A stretch of DNA of 54,399 nucleotides, from NCBI GenBank assembly GCA_964457285.1, contig CAYWGG010000001.1, positions 1 through 54,399 on the forward strand. Reading direction: 5' to 3'. Positions 52,838-54,399 of the stretch are shown piece by piece. Each line of letters starts with the position of its first letter. Within the stretch, counting starts at the first letter, position 1. The DNA comes from an uncultured Dehalococcoidia bacterium (GTDB taxonomy: Bacteria > Chloroflexota > Dehalococcoidia > Lucifugimonadales > JAGWBF01). The translations under genes and the position numbers were made by a program. A model generated the notes under the pieces. That model was not told the origin of the DNA. It made no database searches and saw nothing but the letters and a program-made list of their open reading frames with translations.

Positions 52838-53181
52838 AAGTCCAGTCCTTCTGGTAGTGTCCCCTCTCGGGCGGCGTCTATGGTATCTCTTACAGACTGG
52901 GGCATCTCTATGCCGTACTTGTGGAAGGACTCCTCTACGTAGCGGCCTACGTTCCGTGGGTCTTTGTAATAGTCCTGGGAAGGGGCCCCAGGCGCGGGAG
53001 GAGACCCATAGTCCTCGTGTATGGACTTTAACGACTTGTGATAGGCAACGGAGGAGATGGCACGCTGCATATCCAAGCTCTCGCAGTAGGAGCATCGGGG
53101 TTCCAGAGGGGTGTTTATAGACCTGGTGAAGAAAGAAGATTTCTTCCCGCAGGCGCGGCAGCGATACTCATAGATAGGCAT
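52834..53181 (-). CDS. FmdB-family zinc-ribbon protein
   Basis: MPIYEYRCRACG...CSYCES; start at ATG 53181 inside a longer ORF. Confidence 0.7.
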   Translation of the reverse strand: MPIYEYRCRACGKKSSFFTRSINTPLEPRCSYCESLDMQRAISSVAYHKSLKSIHEDYGSPPAPGAPSQDYYKDPRNVGRYVEESFHKYGIEMPQSVRDTIDAAREGTLPEGLDL

Positions 53182-53254
53182 AACTTTGTCTCCTGCATAG
53201 TTTCCACACACGGTCTCAGCAGCCGGGGAGAGAGTGTACACGGTGATGGCCGGA

Positions 53255-53596
53255 TCACTCCTCCATATCCTCTTCGCTACCCCACGACTCCCCGGACTCC
53301 ATCTCTTCCAGCATCTCATCGAACTCAGGGGTTACCTCCTCACCCATCTCCCCTCGCATTCGCCGCATCCACTGGGCCATCTGTCTGGGGTCATCCACAT
53401 CGTCCGGGTAACCTGAGTCGGGCGCCCAGTCCAGGCTATCGCCCCAGGAGCGGTGAAAGGAGAACTTTGAGATAAGGCGGGTCAGGTTGCCACTGCCACA
53501 GTGCTGACAGGAAGGCTCCTGGGCACTGGATATGCTCCGTACCAGCACCGTTGACCTGCGGCGGCAGTCCTTGCAGCGGTATTCGTATAGAGGCAT
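53255..53596 (-). CDS. FmdB-family zinc-ribbon protein (tandem paralogue)
   Basis: MPLYEYRCKDCR...CQHCGS, with an acidic C-terminal tail. Confidence 0.7.
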   Translation of the reverse strand: MPLYEYRCKDCRRRSTVLVRSISSAQEPSCQHCGSGNLTRLISKFSFHRSWGDSLDWAPDSGYPDDVDDPRQMAQWMRRMRGEMGEEVTPEFDEMLEEMESGESWGSEEDMEE

Positions 53597-53676
53597 CTTT
53601 TCGGGCTTGGGTCCATCTCTGAGATCGTTGCCATAAATTTTAGCACAGGGGATTCCACCGTTAAATAGTGCCGCCG

Positions 53677-54051
53677 TTAGCTAAGCTGGATGGCGTTTTC
53701 GATATGCTCCACCTGCCCTATTGCGCCCCGACTGTCCAGGCGCACCGCAACAAGGTCAATGCGCCATTGCTCAGGGAGAGAGGGAGAGCTTTGGATATAA
53801 GTTTCGGCAGTGGCTACGAGCCTGTCCCGCTTCCCCTTTGAGAGCGATTCTTCTGGAGCGCCGTACTGCCCTGGGCTGCGACGGGTACGCACCTCCACGA
53901 AGACCAGGCAGACCCCGTCCCGAGCGATTATATCAACCTCTCCTCGCGGGCAACGGAAATTGGTGGCTACGATCTCGTAGCCTCTGCCTTCGAGATATGC
54001 CCTGGCGGCTCTCTCACCGCGGGCGCCCAGTCGGCTCCTGGCTGTGGACAT
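53677..54051 (-). CDS. yraN: YraN-family (UPF0102) endonuclease-like protein
   Basis: 124 aa. GE.AA..YL...GY.I...N......GE.DII......LVFVEV..R. Confidence 0.75.
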   Translation of the reverse strand: MSTARSRLGARGERAARAYLEGRGYEIVATNFRCPRGEVDIIARDGVCLVFVEVRTRRSPGQYGAPEESLSKGKRDRLVATAETYIQSSPSLPEQWRIDLVAVRLDSRGAIGQVEHIENAIQLS

Positions 54052-54399
54052 GGCTACTTTGCTCCAAAGAACGTAGCGGGCGGAAGGAGCGGCGGTGGAT
54101 GGGGGACGGCCCTCGCAGGGTCAGCGTATGCAAGTGCTGAGGCGTGGGGTATCCCTTGTGCCGAGAGAACCCGTAGTCCGGGTATATGGCATCCATCTCA
54201 TCCATCAGCCTATCCCGGTTCACCTTGGCGACGATGGATGCGGCGGCTATGGAGTAGCTGAGGCTGTCGCCGCGCACTATGGCCTGGAAAGGTAAGCCGC
54301 ATTCGAGGAGCTTTACCCAGTCTATCAGCAGATAAGAGGGTCTGAGGGGCAGGCTGTCAACGGCCCGGCGCATGGCCCACCTGGTAGCCTCGCCGATGC
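54014..54399 (-). CDS. rnhB: Ribonuclease HII (N-terminus outside the window)
   Basis: ..GDS.S.SIAAASI.AKV.RD..M......YP.YGF..HKGY.T..H. The reading frame stays open to the window end. Confidence 0.8.
   Translation of the reverse strand, partial: IGEATRWAMRRAVDSLPLRPSYLLIDWVKLLECGLPFQAIVRGDSLSYSIAAASIVAKVNRDRLMDEMDAIYPDYGFSRHKGYPTPQHLHTLTLRGPSPIHRRSFRPLRSLEQSSHVHSQEPTGRPR

Noticed and set aside
52838-53095. 86-codon N-terminal extension of the thiE ORF, and the 46-codon extension of the FmdB ORF (53182-53319)
   Set aside because: The extensions overlap the upstream FmdB-family genes in another frame and are Arg-rich low-complexity sequence. Internal ATGs give proper family N-termini (MTENRPL..., MPIYEYRC...) with ATGA coupling.

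Overview
High-GC bacterial window with about 55 genes. The gene content (F420-type LLM oxidoreductase, many TPP/SDR/CMD-type catabolic paralogues, a long Bacillus-type SRP RNA, PaREP1-like and translin-like genes) suggests a Chloroflexota-like organism; this is inference only. The window is dominated by a cell-surface glycan locus in three blocks. Block (i), 5.1-24.3 kb, holds a minus-strand operon: gmd, C-methyltransferase, SDR reductase, ColD-like 3-dehydratase, GT4, epimerase, methyltransferase, ugd and two GT2s. It also holds two paralogous GT-C (PMT_2/ArnT-like) membrane enzymes and a plus-strand GT4 / Gfo-Idh-MocA / GT4 set. Block (ii), 31.7-38.5 kb, holds a membrane-anchored GT2, a GT2, an oxidoreductase, a methyltransferase, a Wzx-like flippase and a GT2. 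Block (iii), 43.9-47.0 kb, holds an epimerase, a UDP-HexNAc-type dehydrogenase and the initiating phosphoglycosyl transferase. Between the blocks lie housekeeping genes (rsmA-ispE-lgt, SRP RNA, tRNA-Pro, thiE, a moaD-moaE fusion, yraN-rnhB), redox and catabolic genes, and a solo TnpB element. The most notable observations are these. An AhpD/CMD-family gene is split by an in-frame TGA exactly at the second Cys of its CxxCxxxH motif, making it a likely selenoprotein. A cobalt-type nitrile hydratase alpha subunit is paired with a 160-aa beta subunit that looks circularly permuted. One GT-C paralogue is fused to a six-repeat PD40 domain and the other to a zinc ribbon. A GDP-sugar branch contains a His-for-Lys 3-dehydratase plus a C-methyltransferase. 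A tandem array of at least three PaREP1/HEPN-like genes shows mosaic identity. A 271-nt SRP RNA lies under a spurious ORF extension. All functional calls come from reading motifs by eye; no database search was run.
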